From Fidelibacterota bacterium (GTDB lineage: Bacteria > Fidelibacterota > Marinisomatia > Marinisomatales > JACNKV01): 64,000 nucleotides of DNA. Shown piece after piece: positions 1 through 8,773 of this stretch. Every line of letters begins with the position of its first letter. The first letter of the stretch is position 1. The DNA is taken from the NCBI GenBank assembly GCA_014381855.1, contig JACNKV010000084.1, positions 22,341-86,340 of the forward strand. Direction: 5' to 3'. The notes beneath the pieces are model-generated. The model did no database searches. It saw nothing but the letters and a program-made list of their open reading frames with translations, and was not told the DNA's origin. The position numbers were made by a program, and so were the translations under genes.

Positions 1-1785
1 TTGTTCTAACTCATTAGAAGTTGTTTTTTCAAAATGGGTCATATCAAATCGGAGATAATCATCGGTAACCAATGAACCTGCCTGATGAATATGTTCTCCT
101 AAAACCTCACGCAAAGCAGCTTGGAGTAAATGGGTTGCCGTATGATTCAGGCGGATGGCATTTCGACGGCTTTCATCCACGTGGCAATGAATAAAATCAT
201 CTTTAGATGGCGGTGTAAAATCTCCTGTGCAGATATGGATAAATGTATCGCCGTCTTTTTGGGTATCATTGACAACCAAATCAATATTTTCTCCCGTCAT
301 AACGCCTGTATCCCCTACTTGCCCACCCGATTCCACATAAAATGGAGTTTTGTCCAATACAACGTAAATTTGATCTTTCTCCTTCACATATTTTCGAATG
401 ACCGATTGCGATTCCAGTGTTTCATATCCAACAAATTCAGAGTCAGTTCCATCTGTAACGTCAATCCATGTGTATGATGATGTGTCTCTTTTAAATTTAC
501 CTGCTGTTTTCGCACGTTCTTTTTGCTTACTCATCTCCCGGACAAATCCGGTTTCGTCTACAGTCAGTCCCCCTTCTTTCGCCATCAGCTGTGTAAGATC
601 TAACGGGAAACCATATGTATCGTAAAGACGAAAAGCTTCTTCTCCGGATATAACATTTCCATCCAGTTTTTTTATCATCCTATCAAAATGTGTTAATCCT
701 CGATCTAAAGTTTCATTAAACGATGTTTCTTCAGCTTTAACTACATTTTGGATATGAGATTGTTTGTCCTTTACTTCAGGATAAATACCTCCAAATATTT
801 CGCCGACGGAATCCACAAGTTTATATAAAAATGGTTCATGCATTCCCAGCATTCGACCGAATCTCGACGCCCTCCTCAAAATTCGACGTAATACATACCC
901 ACGCCCCTCATTAGAGGGCATGGCCCCATCTCCAATGGCCATCGTTAACATTCGGATGTGATCAGCAATGACTCGATGCGGGACAGGATTTTTCTCTACT
1001 GACGAGTTTGCAAGTGTCTCTATTTTCCGGATAACGGGCATAAATAAATCGGTTTCATAATTGTTTTTTTTATTCTGTAAAACCGTAACAATTCTTTCCA
1101 ATCCTGCCCCGGTATCAACATGCGTTGACGGAAGGTTATTCAGCGTTCCTTTTTCATCTCTGAAATACTGAATAAATACCAAATTCCAGAGTTCCCAGTA
1201 TTCATCAGAAGCATTCACACCATCCGGAGTTTGTTCATCCGGATTGTCGCCAATGTAATAATGAATTTCCGAACACGGTCCGCATGGTCCTGTCTCACCC
1301 ATTTCCCAAAAATTATCTTTATCTCCAAATCTCAGCACGCGATCCGGAGAAATATCCGTTACTTTTGTCCACAATTCAAATGCGTCATCGTCACCTTTAT
1401 ACACGGTAGCCCAGAGACGATTTTTGTCTAACTTCCACACATCGGTCAAGAGTTCCCATGCCCAAGCAATGGCTTCTTTTTTGTAATAATCACCAAATGA
1501 CCAATTCCCAAGCATCTCAAAATATGTATGGTGAAATGTATCTACTCCGACTTCTTCCAAATCGTTGTGTTTTCCACTGACTCGAATACATTTTTGGCTG
1601 TTAACGGCACGGGTGGAACCCGGTTTTTTCTCACCCAAAAAAATCGGTTTGAACTGATTCATCCCTGCATTGATAAACAATAATGTCGGGTCATCCAGAG
1701 GGACGACAGATGAACTGCGAATGAATTGGTGGTTTTTCTTCTCGAAAAACTCGATAAATGTCTGTCTGATTTGTTTGCTATTCAT
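1..1785 (-). CDS. alaS: alanine--tRNA ligase, N-terminal ~595 codons (3' end lies beyond the window edge)
   Basis: Not in the ORF track because there is no stop inside the window. Manual translation from ATG at 1785 gives MNSKQIRQTFIEFFEKKNHQFIRSSSVVPLDDPTLLFINAGMNQFKPIFLG...CIRVSGKHNDLEEVG...HHTYFEMLGNWSFGDYYKKEAI, the canonical AlaRS N-terminus. No complete minus-strand ORF is listed in 1..1792, consistent with an open frame to the edge. Confidence 0.85.
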   Translation of the reverse strand, partial: MNSKQIRQTFIEFFEKKNHQFIRSSSVVPLDDPTLLFINAGMNQFKPIFLGEKKPGSTRAVNSQKCIRVSGKHNDLEEVGVDTFHHTYFEMLGNWSFGDYYKKEAIAWAWELLTDVWKLDKNRLWATVYKGDDDAFELWTKVTDISPDRVLRFGDKDNFWEMGETGPCGPCSEIHYYIGDNPDEQTPDGVNASDEYWELWNLVFIQYFRDEKGTLNNLPSTHVDTGAGLERIVTVLQNKKNNYETDLFMPVIRKIETLANSSVEKNPVPHRVIADHIRMLTMAIGDGAMPSNEGRGYVLRRILRRASRFGRMLGMHEPFLYKLVDSVGEIFGGIYPEVKDKQSHIQNVVKAEETSFNETLDRGLTHFDRMIKKLDGNVISGEEAFRLYDTYGFPLDLTQLMAKEGGLTVDETGFVREMSKQKERAKTAGKFKRDTSSYTWIDVTDGTDSEFVGYETLESQSVIRKYVKEKDQIYVVLDKTPFYVESGGQVGDTGVMTGENIDLVVNDTQKDGDTFIHICTGDFTPPSKDDFIHCHVDESRRNAIRLNHTATHLLQAALREVLGEHIHQAGSLVTDDYLRFDMTHFEKTTSNELEQ

Positions 1786-1792
1786 ATTTGCT

Positions 1793-3334
1793 CTATAAAT
1801 TGAAGCTTGTTTCTATTCCGGTGATATTCACTGGCTTCAATTTCCCTTCACTGTCTAATTTAAATGTTCGCTGAAAGACATAATTTAACATCATTCCACT
1901 ACCAAGTTCTAATCCTATGCGATATCCCATAATCGTACTTTCAGAAAACTCAAAATCAAAAGGATTCGGAACATTTCTCTGCTCGTAAAAAAGCGCAGCG
2001 TGTTTCAATTTACTAATTCCTTTATTTAGTGCCAGGGAGGAGAAAAAGTTCTGAGTAGATTCATCCACAAACTCATAGGATTCGCTATCCCACATTTCAC
2101 CCTTCAAGTTTTGATACGAGGTCTTCCATTGGACAATTCCGCCAAGATTGACGATTGCCTGAGCAAACAATCCTTTTTGCGGTCCAAACCGGCCTAAATA
2201 TCTTTCTTTTGTTGATATCGCAACAGATTCATCCCCGGTAACTACCAACGCAGCACGTTCGAGTTCGTAGGTGCGATTCCAATAACCAAACTCAAAATTC
2301 CCTTTGGGTTTCATCCGATATTCAACATTAATACGAAACGGTCCGAACCGGCCGGAGATGCCCAGTGGGATGATTCCGCTACCAAGAGAGACGGTGCTAT
2401 CCGTAGACGGATCAACTGTTTCACCGATGAGTTTGGCTGCCTGAGCATAGATTGACAATGACATGTTTTTTTCGGCAATCACGGGATATCCGATATCCAC
2501 AGATAATGCTGCCATGGGATCGGAGTCTTTCAACACATTGAGCGGCTCAGACTTACGTTCAATGTCGGTGTCAAGCACCATACTTGTATCCGCCGTCCAA
2601 CCTGGGATGTCACTATCCAAGGTATCTGTAATTCCGTCGCCATCAATATCCCACTCCAGCGGATTACTGTCTGCAATGCCATCGTTGTCTGTATCTAACC
2701 ACCACATATTATCGTCGGGAAAATCATCAACCATATCCGGTCGTCCGTCCCCGTCTCTGTCTTTTAACCCAAGATACTGATTCCGATCTACTACCGCAGA
2801 AATGCCAATCGGAATCCCTGCAAATACCGGAGTTTGAACACGCAGACCGGCAATACCGATATTTTCTTTGAAATCGTTAACGAAACCCTGCAAAGAATAG
2901 TGGCTTTTTTTCAAACGAATGTCCAGTCCAATCTTTCGAACCTGAGGATATTCGATGGCATTTGAATAATTGTTTACAAGAATTCCATACCCTAACTTCA
3001 CACGATCTAAAGCCCCTACCCGAAAATAGAGCGGGTCTTTCTTGAACCCGAAACGGATATAATAAATTTTATCAATAAGCGTATTTTTAATTGCCGTACC
3101 ATTTGAAAAATCCCATTCGTCTTCGTGGATATTTCCGTCAGCGTCAATATAGAACACTAAATCCAGCGCCACGCCGAACTTCCAAATAGGAACTGTCGGA
3201 CGCAACGCAATCTGGTTCCATATTTTTCCATCGATGGTAACAGCACCAAATGCCCCCTGTACAGACCGTTTTTCTTGAGCAAAACCGGAACTTGCCAAAA
3301 TGCTTAACAGTATGAATATGATAGATTTTCTCAT
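1793..3334 (-). CDS. secreted / probable outer-membrane protein with an internal cluster of thrombospondin type-3-like Ca-binding repeats
   Basis: Signal peptide MRKSIIFILLSILASSGFAQ. Central DRDGDGRPDMVDDFPDD..DTDNDGIADSN..DIDGDGITDTLDSD (DxDxDG repeats). Flanking sequence has alternating aromatic/Gly-rich beta-strand-like character. The stop lies 8 nt before the alaS ATG. Confidence 0.45.
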   Translation of the reverse strand: MRKSIIFILLSILASSGFAQEKRSVQGAFGAVTIDGKIWNQIALRPTVPIWKFGVALDLVFYIDADGNIHEDEWDFSNGTAIKNTLIDKIYYIRFGFKKDPLYFRVGALDRVKLGYGILVNNYSNAIEYPQVRKIGLDIRLKKSHYSLQGFVNDFKENIGIAGLRVQTPVFAGIPIGISAVVDRNQYLGLKDRDGDGRPDMVDDFPDDNMWWLDTDNDGIADSNPLEWDIDGDGITDTLDSDIPGWTADTSMVLDTDIERKSEPLNVLKDSDPMAALSVDIGYPVIAEKNMSLSIYAQAAKLIGETVDPSTDSTVSLGSGIIPLGISGRFGPFRINVEYRMKPKGNFEFGYWNRTYELERAALVVTGDESVAISTKERYLGRFGPQKGLFAQAIVNLGGIVQWKTSYQNLKGEMWDSESYEFVDESTQNFFSSLALNKGISKLKHAALFYEQRNVPNPFDFEFSESTIMGYRIGLELGSGMMLNYVFQRTFKLDSEGKLKPVNITGIETSFNL

Positions 3335-3358
3335 AATTTCCCTTAATAACGTTCTGAA

Positions 3359-3387
3359 AAATTACCTACCTTCCTCGTCGGTATCAA
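3359..3387 (-). promoter_or_regulatory. candidate sigma70-type promoter (TTGATA-N17-TAATTT) for the 1793..3334 gene
   Basis: The minus strand reads TTGATAccgacgaggaaggtaggTAATTT, about 25 nt upstream of ATG 3334, with AAGGGA as a possible SD. Sequence match only. Confidence 0.2.
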
Positions 3388-3560
3388 TGGTTTATTCAAG
3401 ATGTTTTCATTTTCTGACTTGAATCATTCATCCCGTGGATTACTCTAAAATGAGGCTCATCGCTAAAACCCATACCCGATGGATAGACGGTTTGGTGGAC
3501 TGCCTACCTGTCGATTGGACAGGTGCCGGCATGGTCGGTCGGCACACTCCATATTTGAAC

Positions 3561-4853
3561 TTATGGATAAAGAAGAAACTTATTCCGAAACTCACTAAAC
3601 CTGAGAATATCGTACCCCCACAAAGGAGAGAGTTCATCTGCTCCACGTCCCTGTGCGACCATTGTCCGCAAAAGCGAACTTCCGAACAGTTTATCTATAT
3701 AATCATATTTTTCCCACTGAAATTCCCTCGGATACAAATGGTGAATCGTAAAAATAATTGCCGCCGCCGTTCGAATAGGTTCAAATTTATATTTATCCGT
3801 TATACGAATCTCCACACCACTACATTCTTCTCCGACATATCGCGGAACCACATCTAAATCAGCGTGAATTTTCGGAATAAAACGAATGGAAGTAAAACGA
3901 ACACCCGGTAATTCCAGTTGTGTCAGGTGCTCTGCAAGATACGTCCCGGAAATCCATGGGGCACCGGCAATTTTATAGCGTTTGTGCGTTCCTTGTCCTA
4001 TGCTGATATTCGTTCCCTTCATCAAAGTTGAACCGGTGTACGTTAATATAGTTTCAACATCATTTAGGTCAGGTGCCGGATGGTTCCAGTTTTCATTTTC
4101 ATCATCCATCCACATTGCTCTAGACCAATTCGCAAGTGGGATTACAGTCAAATCTGCCCGTACCAAATCTTTAATCCAGCCTGTTTCATTCACCATTACG
4201 GCGTATTCTCCGATGGTGAGTCCATGCCGAATGGGCACTAAATGGTACGCCTCGAACGATTGGTATTCCAATCGTGGAATCGGTCCGCTCATGGTCAATC
4301 CTCCCAGAGGATTTGGTCTGTCCAGCACCATCACCGGGATTCCCCATTCACCGGCAGCTTCCATCACTTTTGTCACCGTCGTTATATACGTGGAATATCG
4401 CACACCGGTGTCCTGAATATCTACTAAAACAAGGTCAATTTCATTCATTGCCCAACTTGGTGGTTTTACATAGCGACCGAAGGTATCTATCAGTTTTGCA
4501 CCTGTCACAGGTTCACGTCCTTCTTCCCCGGATAATATTACCTTCCCATCATCCGGGAGGGTTAATCCATGCTCAGGTAAAAAGACATACCGAACATTAA
4601 TGTTGTGTTTGTCCAAAATATCAAGAAGATGATTCCCCCGGTGATTCACGGAAGTTTGATTGCAAACAACGCCGATGGTACGGTCTTTGAGAGAACGGCA
4701 ATCCATTTGTTCTAACACATCCAATCCAGTAAAAATCTGCGGAACAAACGACAAATCAGGGATGCCCATGATTTTACTATACTTAAAGTTCTGTGGCAAT
4801 AAAATCGAGCCGGTGACGAACAGCGTGATGAATATCCGGTAAATATTACGCAT
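3561..4853 (-). CDS. DUF1343 family protein (YbbC/NamZ-like exo-beta-N-acetylmuramidase family)
   Basis: Family-typical blocks are present: VVCNQTSV, DIQDTGVRYSTYITT and VLDRPNPLGG. N-terminal signal/anchor. The start overlaps the symporter stop by 8 nt. Confidence 0.75.
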   Translation of the reverse strand: MRNIYRIFITLFVTGSILLPQNFKYSKIMGIPDLSFVPQIFTGLDVLEQMDCRSLKDRTIGVVCNQTSVNHRGNHLLDILDKHNINVRYVFLPEHGLTLPDDGKVILSGEEGREPVTGAKLIDTFGRYVKPPSWAMNEIDLVLVDIQDTGVRYSTYITTVTKVMEAAGEWGIPVMVLDRPNPLGGLTMSGPIPRLEYQSFEAYHLVPIRHGLTIGEYAVMVNETGWIKDLVRADLTVIPLANWSRAMWMDDENENWNHPAPDLNDVETILTYTGSTLMKGTNISIGQGTHKRYKIAGAPWISGTYLAEHLTQLELPGVRFTSIRFIPKIHADLDVVPRYVGEECSGVEIRITDKYKFEPIRTAAAIIFTIHHLYPREFQWEKYDYIDKLFGSSLLRTMVAQGRGADELSPLWGYDILRFSEFRNKFLLYP

Positions 4854-6243
4854 TCAGGGAATTCGTTACTTTATTAATACTCAATGTTACGGCAAGATTT
4901 ACCGAAACTGAAATGCCGATAAACCATGTCCATGCGATGCCTACCTCCCGTAAGACCAACACCGTAATAACACTCAAAATTAATCCGATGATAAGGCTGA
5001 CGGTTGAGAAGCGTTGCTGACCGCGACTTAAGATAAATAGACTTAATAAACCGCCATACGTAAAAGAGGCAATCGTTAATCCCAGTTCAATAATTGTGGT
5101 ATCTCCTTCATCAAAAATAACGGCAATTCCCATAAGAACGATTGCCCACGCAAAGCTAACCCACCGTGAAATCTTGATGGATGGCATATTCTTAAACCAA
5201 TCTGTTACCGTTGAGGACGCCAGTGAATTAATGGAAGAGCTTAAGGTCGACATCGCCGCTGAAAGAACACCTGCAAGCAAAAGACCTTTTAACCCAATCG
5301 GTAAATGTTGGATAATGAACGTGGAAAATTCTCTATCTTTCGGTAGATCTGCTCCTCCGAAATACACCCAAATTAATGACCCGGCAAAAAGAAATACAGC
5401 AAATTGCAGGAAGACAAAAAACCCGCTCCCAATCATGGCTTTTCGGGCAGAGGACACATTCTTTGTTGCCAACACTCTTTGGACCATCATGTGGTCAGCT
5501 CCGTGTGATGCAAACGACAGGAGCATTCCTCCTATCCATGCGCTGAAGAAAATATAGGGTTCATGGAAAATATCTTTTCCAAAATGAAATATTTGAAGTT
5601 TACTCTGTTCGGAGAGAACTGAAAACGTTGAAGCAATACTACCGTCCAAATTGAGAAGGATATATCCGACGGTGATTATGCCTCCTGCTAAATACAGGAT
5701 GAACTGAAAACTATCTACCCAAATGACAGTGCGAATCCCACCACTTAATGTATAGAGCAATGTGACGCTTCCAATAATTAGGACTGCAATGGGAAGTGAC
5801 CATCCTGTCATCACCTGAACGATAACTGCCGTGGCTAAAAATCGTACTCCGTCAGCAAGAATCCGTGTAAACAGAAATAGCCCGGATGCTGTTTTTTGAA
5901 TCGGTTTGCCAAAGCGTTCTCCCAATGTCTCATAAATGGATGTAATCCCTGAACGAAAATACATTGGCAATAAGAACCAACTGACTAGAATGCGCCCAAA
6001 GATGTAGCCAATGGCTAATTGCAAAAAGAACCAATCTTTTTGATACGCTAAGCCGGGCACACTGACGAACGTGAGAACGGAGGTTTCCGTGGCGACGATT
6101 GAGAACATTGCTGTCACCCATGGCAGATCGCGACCCGCAAGAAAATACTCTCCGGTTGAGCGAGTGCGTTTCCCCTGCATAATCCCGTAAATAACGAGTC
6201 CGCCAAGAAACAAACTAATGATTGAAATATCTAATACAGACAT
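4846..6243 (-). CDS. sodium:solute symporter family transporter
   Basis: 465 aa, polytopic (about 12-13 hydrophobic segments). Overall SSF-like sequence: YFLAGRDLPWVTAMFSIVATETSVLTF...GGIRTVIWVDSFQ. Confidence 0.7.
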   Translation of the reverse strand: MSVLDISIISLFLGGLVIYGIMQGKRTRSTGEYFLAGRDLPWVTAMFSIVATETSVLTFVSVPGLAYQKDWFFLQLAIGYIFGRILVSWFLLPMYFRSGITSIYETLGERFGKPIQKTASGLFLFTRILADGVRFLATAVIVQVMTGWSLPIAVLIIGSVTLLYTLSGGIRTVIWVDSFQFILYLAGGIITVGYILLNLDGSIASTFSVLSEQSKLQIFHFGKDIFHEPYIFFSAWIGGMLLSFASHGADHMMVQRVLATKNVSSARKAMIGSGFFVFLQFAVFLFAGSLIWVYFGGADLPKDREFSTFIIQHLPIGLKGLLLAGVLSAAMSTLSSSINSLASSTVTDWFKNMPSIKISRWVSFAWAIVLMGIAVIFDEGDTTIIELGLTIASFTYGGLLSLFILSRGQQRFSTVSLIIGLILSVITVLVLREVGIAWTWFIGISVSVNLAVTLSINKVTNSLNA

Positions 6244-6351
6244 ACTTATTGGTGAGGGTTATTGGTTATTGTCATAACGTAGTGCCTGCCCGCCATTGGT
6301 TCGGAGGGCCTGCCCGTAGCAGCCTAGTAGACCCCGTGTGCATGTGTTTAC

Positions 6352-6389
6352 ATCCCGTGTTTTCTACGGGGTTTTGTATGGGGTTTTTT
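6352..6389 (+). terminator. terminator-like hairpin plus T-runs oriented on the PLUS strand
   Basis: ATCCCGT(6352-6358)/ACGGGGT(6366-6372) forms a 7-bp stem with a 7-nt loop, followed by TTTTGTATGGGGTTTTTT. ACCCCGT at 6331-6337 is a second perfect partner for the same 3' arm. No T-run follows the hairpin on the minus strand. Confidence 0.3.
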
Positions 6390-6444
6390 ACGGTGGGTAT
6401 TGGTGATTTTTTTTGCGGTTTCTGTATATTTTGTTGCGATGAAG

Positions 6445-7548
6445 TCAAATGAAAATCCGTTCTGTTCTTCCATGTATAGCAGTAAGAAGTGTGTACGTAG
6501 TTTGTCCGATAGATTTTGCAATTTCTTCGACCTTTAACTGTCCGTGTATGTTATCACCAAAAAACAGGACATGCTCTCCCAATGTGGGGATGGTATCTTC
6601 AAAATCAACCATGAGCTGGTCCATACACGCACGACCAGCAATTTCGTAACGACGTCCTCTGTACAAAACGTAACCACCATCGTACCACGGACGCGGAAAT
6701 CCGTCAGCAAATCCAGTTTGAATGACACCAATATTGGTATTCTTCTGGGCACTCCAAACTCCGCCATAGCTTACCTTTGTGCCCTTTTTAACTCTTCGCA
6801 CATTCACGACAGGACCAACAAATTCCATCACGGGTTTAACAGGTACATCCTCCGGAACTTCATCGGATGGTAACGCTCCATAGATTAGCATTCCAACCCG
6901 AACGATATTAAAATATGATTCCGGGAGATTTAATATTGTACCACTGTTCGACAAATGGACATGTTTAAACGTAATTCCGTAATCTGCCGCTAAATCAACC
7001 GCCTTTTTAAATCTGTCGAGTTGATATTCTGCATAGGATAAATCTCCCTCATCGGCCGTTGCGAAATGTGAATAAATCCCCGTGCAGCGTATTTCAGGAT
7101 ATTCTTTAAGTTCTCGAAATATCTCAGGATATTCTTCGGGAGATGCTCCCAATCGCGTCATTCCGGTATCAATTTTGATATGTACTTCCGGGCTTTTGCC
7201 TATTTTTTCATGAAACGCTTTTAATTCGCGCAGATCATCGAGACAAGAGCAATTCAGAATAAAGTTTTGGTCCAGAGCCAAATGAAAATACTCTTGGTTA
7301 AGACGAGAGAAAACCAATATCTTTTGTGTTATGCCAGCATTCCGAAGCTCAACACCTTCCTCCGGAGTAAACACCGCAAACCAATTTACTCCAGCCCCTG
7401 CAAGTGCTTTCGTAACCGGGACAGCCCCATGCCCGTACGCATTGGCTTTTACCACAACCATCAATTCATGTTTTCCGATGTGTTCTTTAATGTGTTTGAG
7501 GTTTTGGAGCAACCGATCCAAATGTATAATTGCTTTTGGTCCTATCAC
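6445..7548 (-). CDS. alr: alanine racemase
   Basis: VVVKANAYGHG PLP-lysine motif and length of 367 aa. GTG start overlaps the upstream stop (GTGA). Confidence 0.85.
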   Translation of the reverse strand: MIGPKAIIHLDRLLQNLKHIKEHIGKHELMVVVKANAYGHGAVPVTKALAGAGVNWFAVFTPEEGVELRNAGITQKILVFSRLNQEYFHLALDQNFILNCSCLDDLRELKAFHEKIGKSPEVHIKIDTGMTRLGASPEEYPEIFRELKEYPEIRCTGIYSHFATADEGDLSYAEYQLDRFKKAVDLAADYGITFKHVHLSNSGTILNLPESYFNIVRVGMLIYGALPSDEVPEDVPVKPVMEFVGPVVNVRRVKKGTKVSYGGVWSAQKNTNIGVIQTGFADGFPRPWYDGGYVLYRGRRYEIAGRACMDQLMVDFEDTIPTLGEHVLFFGDNIHGQLKVEEIAKSIGQTTYTLLTAIHGRTERIFI

Positions 7549-8027
7549 GATTTTATATTTTGACCTTTTCTATGTTGTTCTTTTAAAAATTGTTGTAACG
7601 AGGAAAAATCCTGGAATACTTTAGTGCTACATGCTTCAATCCAACTACTAAAATCTTCCTTCGGCAAGCGATTTACAAGATACACAGGAACATGATGTAA
7701 ATACGCAACCGTGACTTCACCATGTGTTCCGCCGCCTTTTAGCACAAATTCATCCCACAAACAAATAAGATAGTTTACTTCTTTCATGACCACATCCAGG
7801 TCTCGTTTTACGCATTTTCTAACGAATGAGATATATCGACCAGGATCATCTTCTTTCCATTTTCTGTAATCCTGTGAACCAGTCAATTTAACAAGTTTTT
7901 TTGACTCTACTACAGGATCCACCACATCATGGTTGAGTTCACTTTTCAGCCATAGGGTGATTTCTTTTCTCCAATCAGCACCTTCATCAACCGCCTTTTC
8001 CATCGCACCTGAAAGATAAGCAATCAT
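7545..8027 (-). CDS. hypothetical protein, nucleoside 2-deoxyribosyltransferase-like fold suspected
   Basis: 160 aa. Pattern AYLSGAM..W(R/K)..., an acidic D..V block and GGGTHGEVTVAY..VPVYLV resembles NDT/YtoQ-like Rossmann proteins. This is remembered family shape only. ATGA overlap with the permease stop and GTGA overlap with the alr start. Confidence 0.3.
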   Translation of the reverse strand: MIAYLSGAMEKAVDEGADWRKEITLWLKSELNHDVVDPVVESKKLVKLTGSQDYRKWKEDDPGRYISFVRKCVKRDLDVVMKEVNYLICLWDEFVLKGGGTHGEVTVAYLHHVPVYLVNRLPKEDFSSWIEACSTKVFQDFSSLQQFLKEQHRKGQNIKS

Positions 8028-8773
8028 TGATGGAGTTTCCTTCTCAATATTTCAGCATTCAATGGAAGCCAGATAGATATAAGCAAAAACGGAACAATGA
8101 CCGATGTCCAATCAAAAAGGTGGCTGAATATCATCATGCGCAAACCATAAATCGTCATGCCGACAGGAGAATACCGTAAAAGATATCCTAAACCAACCGG
8201 GTAATATTCAAACTCAAAAATAATTCCTGAACCAAACACAATAAAAATAAATAATGAAAATATCAGTAAAATGAATATAGAGACATGCTCTGTCAAAAGA
8301 GAAATAGTGATGATAATACATCCAATGAAATATGTAAATAAGCACAAATAAGCCAACATGACAACATAGTCCAACCACGGAAAGACAACTCCGGTGATGA
8401 CAGTTAGTACGGCTCCACCAATCATGGCAAACAGGATGGATTCAATAACTGCAGTTGTCAGGATTCCTAACGTGAGTTTAAATTTAGACACAGGAGTCAA
8501 TGTCATTGGCATAAGAGCTTTTTTGTGAATCCTCAGATCAAAAAAGTCCCGATATAGATGAGGAATTAAAGCAACGGTAGCAATGATAAATAAAATACCG
8601 GGGAATAACCAAAGTTCAATCGGTGTGTGGCGAATACTACGAATAAAAATTGCTTTAACCGGAAGCATAAGAGTTAGGTGCAACATAATCGGGAGTACAA
8701 AAGAAATACTCAGTGTCGATATTAAATGTTTCTGAATCAGCCAACCGCGACGTTTTAATAAACTTAGGATCAT
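8024..8773 (-). CDS. ABC-2 type transporter permease
   Basis: I trimmed the track ORF (8024..8962) to ATG 8773, which forms an ATGA overlap with the ATPase stop (8770-8772). The trimmed 249 aa has six hydrophobic segments. The untrimmed N-terminus lies inside the ATPase gene. Confidence 0.55.
   Translation of the reverse strand: MILSLLKRRGWLIQKHLISTLSISFVLPIMLHLTLMLPVKAIFIRSIRHTPIELWLFPGILFIIATVALIPHLYRDFFDLRIHKKALMPMTLTPVSKFKLTLGILTTAVIESILFAMIGGAVLTVITGVVFPWLDYVVMLAYLCLFTYFIGCIIITISLLTEHVSIFILLIFSLFIFIVFGSGIIFEFEYYPVGLGYLLRYSPVGMTIYGLRMMIFSHLFDWTSVIVPFLLISIWLPLNAEILRRKLHQ

Noticed and set aside
3440-3560. SRP (4.5S) RNA or another known housekeeping RNA in the GC-rich patch
   Set aside because: There is no GGAAGCAGCC-type helix-8 motif, and it does not resemble the tmRNA, RNase P or 6S features I can recall. 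It is kept only as an unassigned structured patch.
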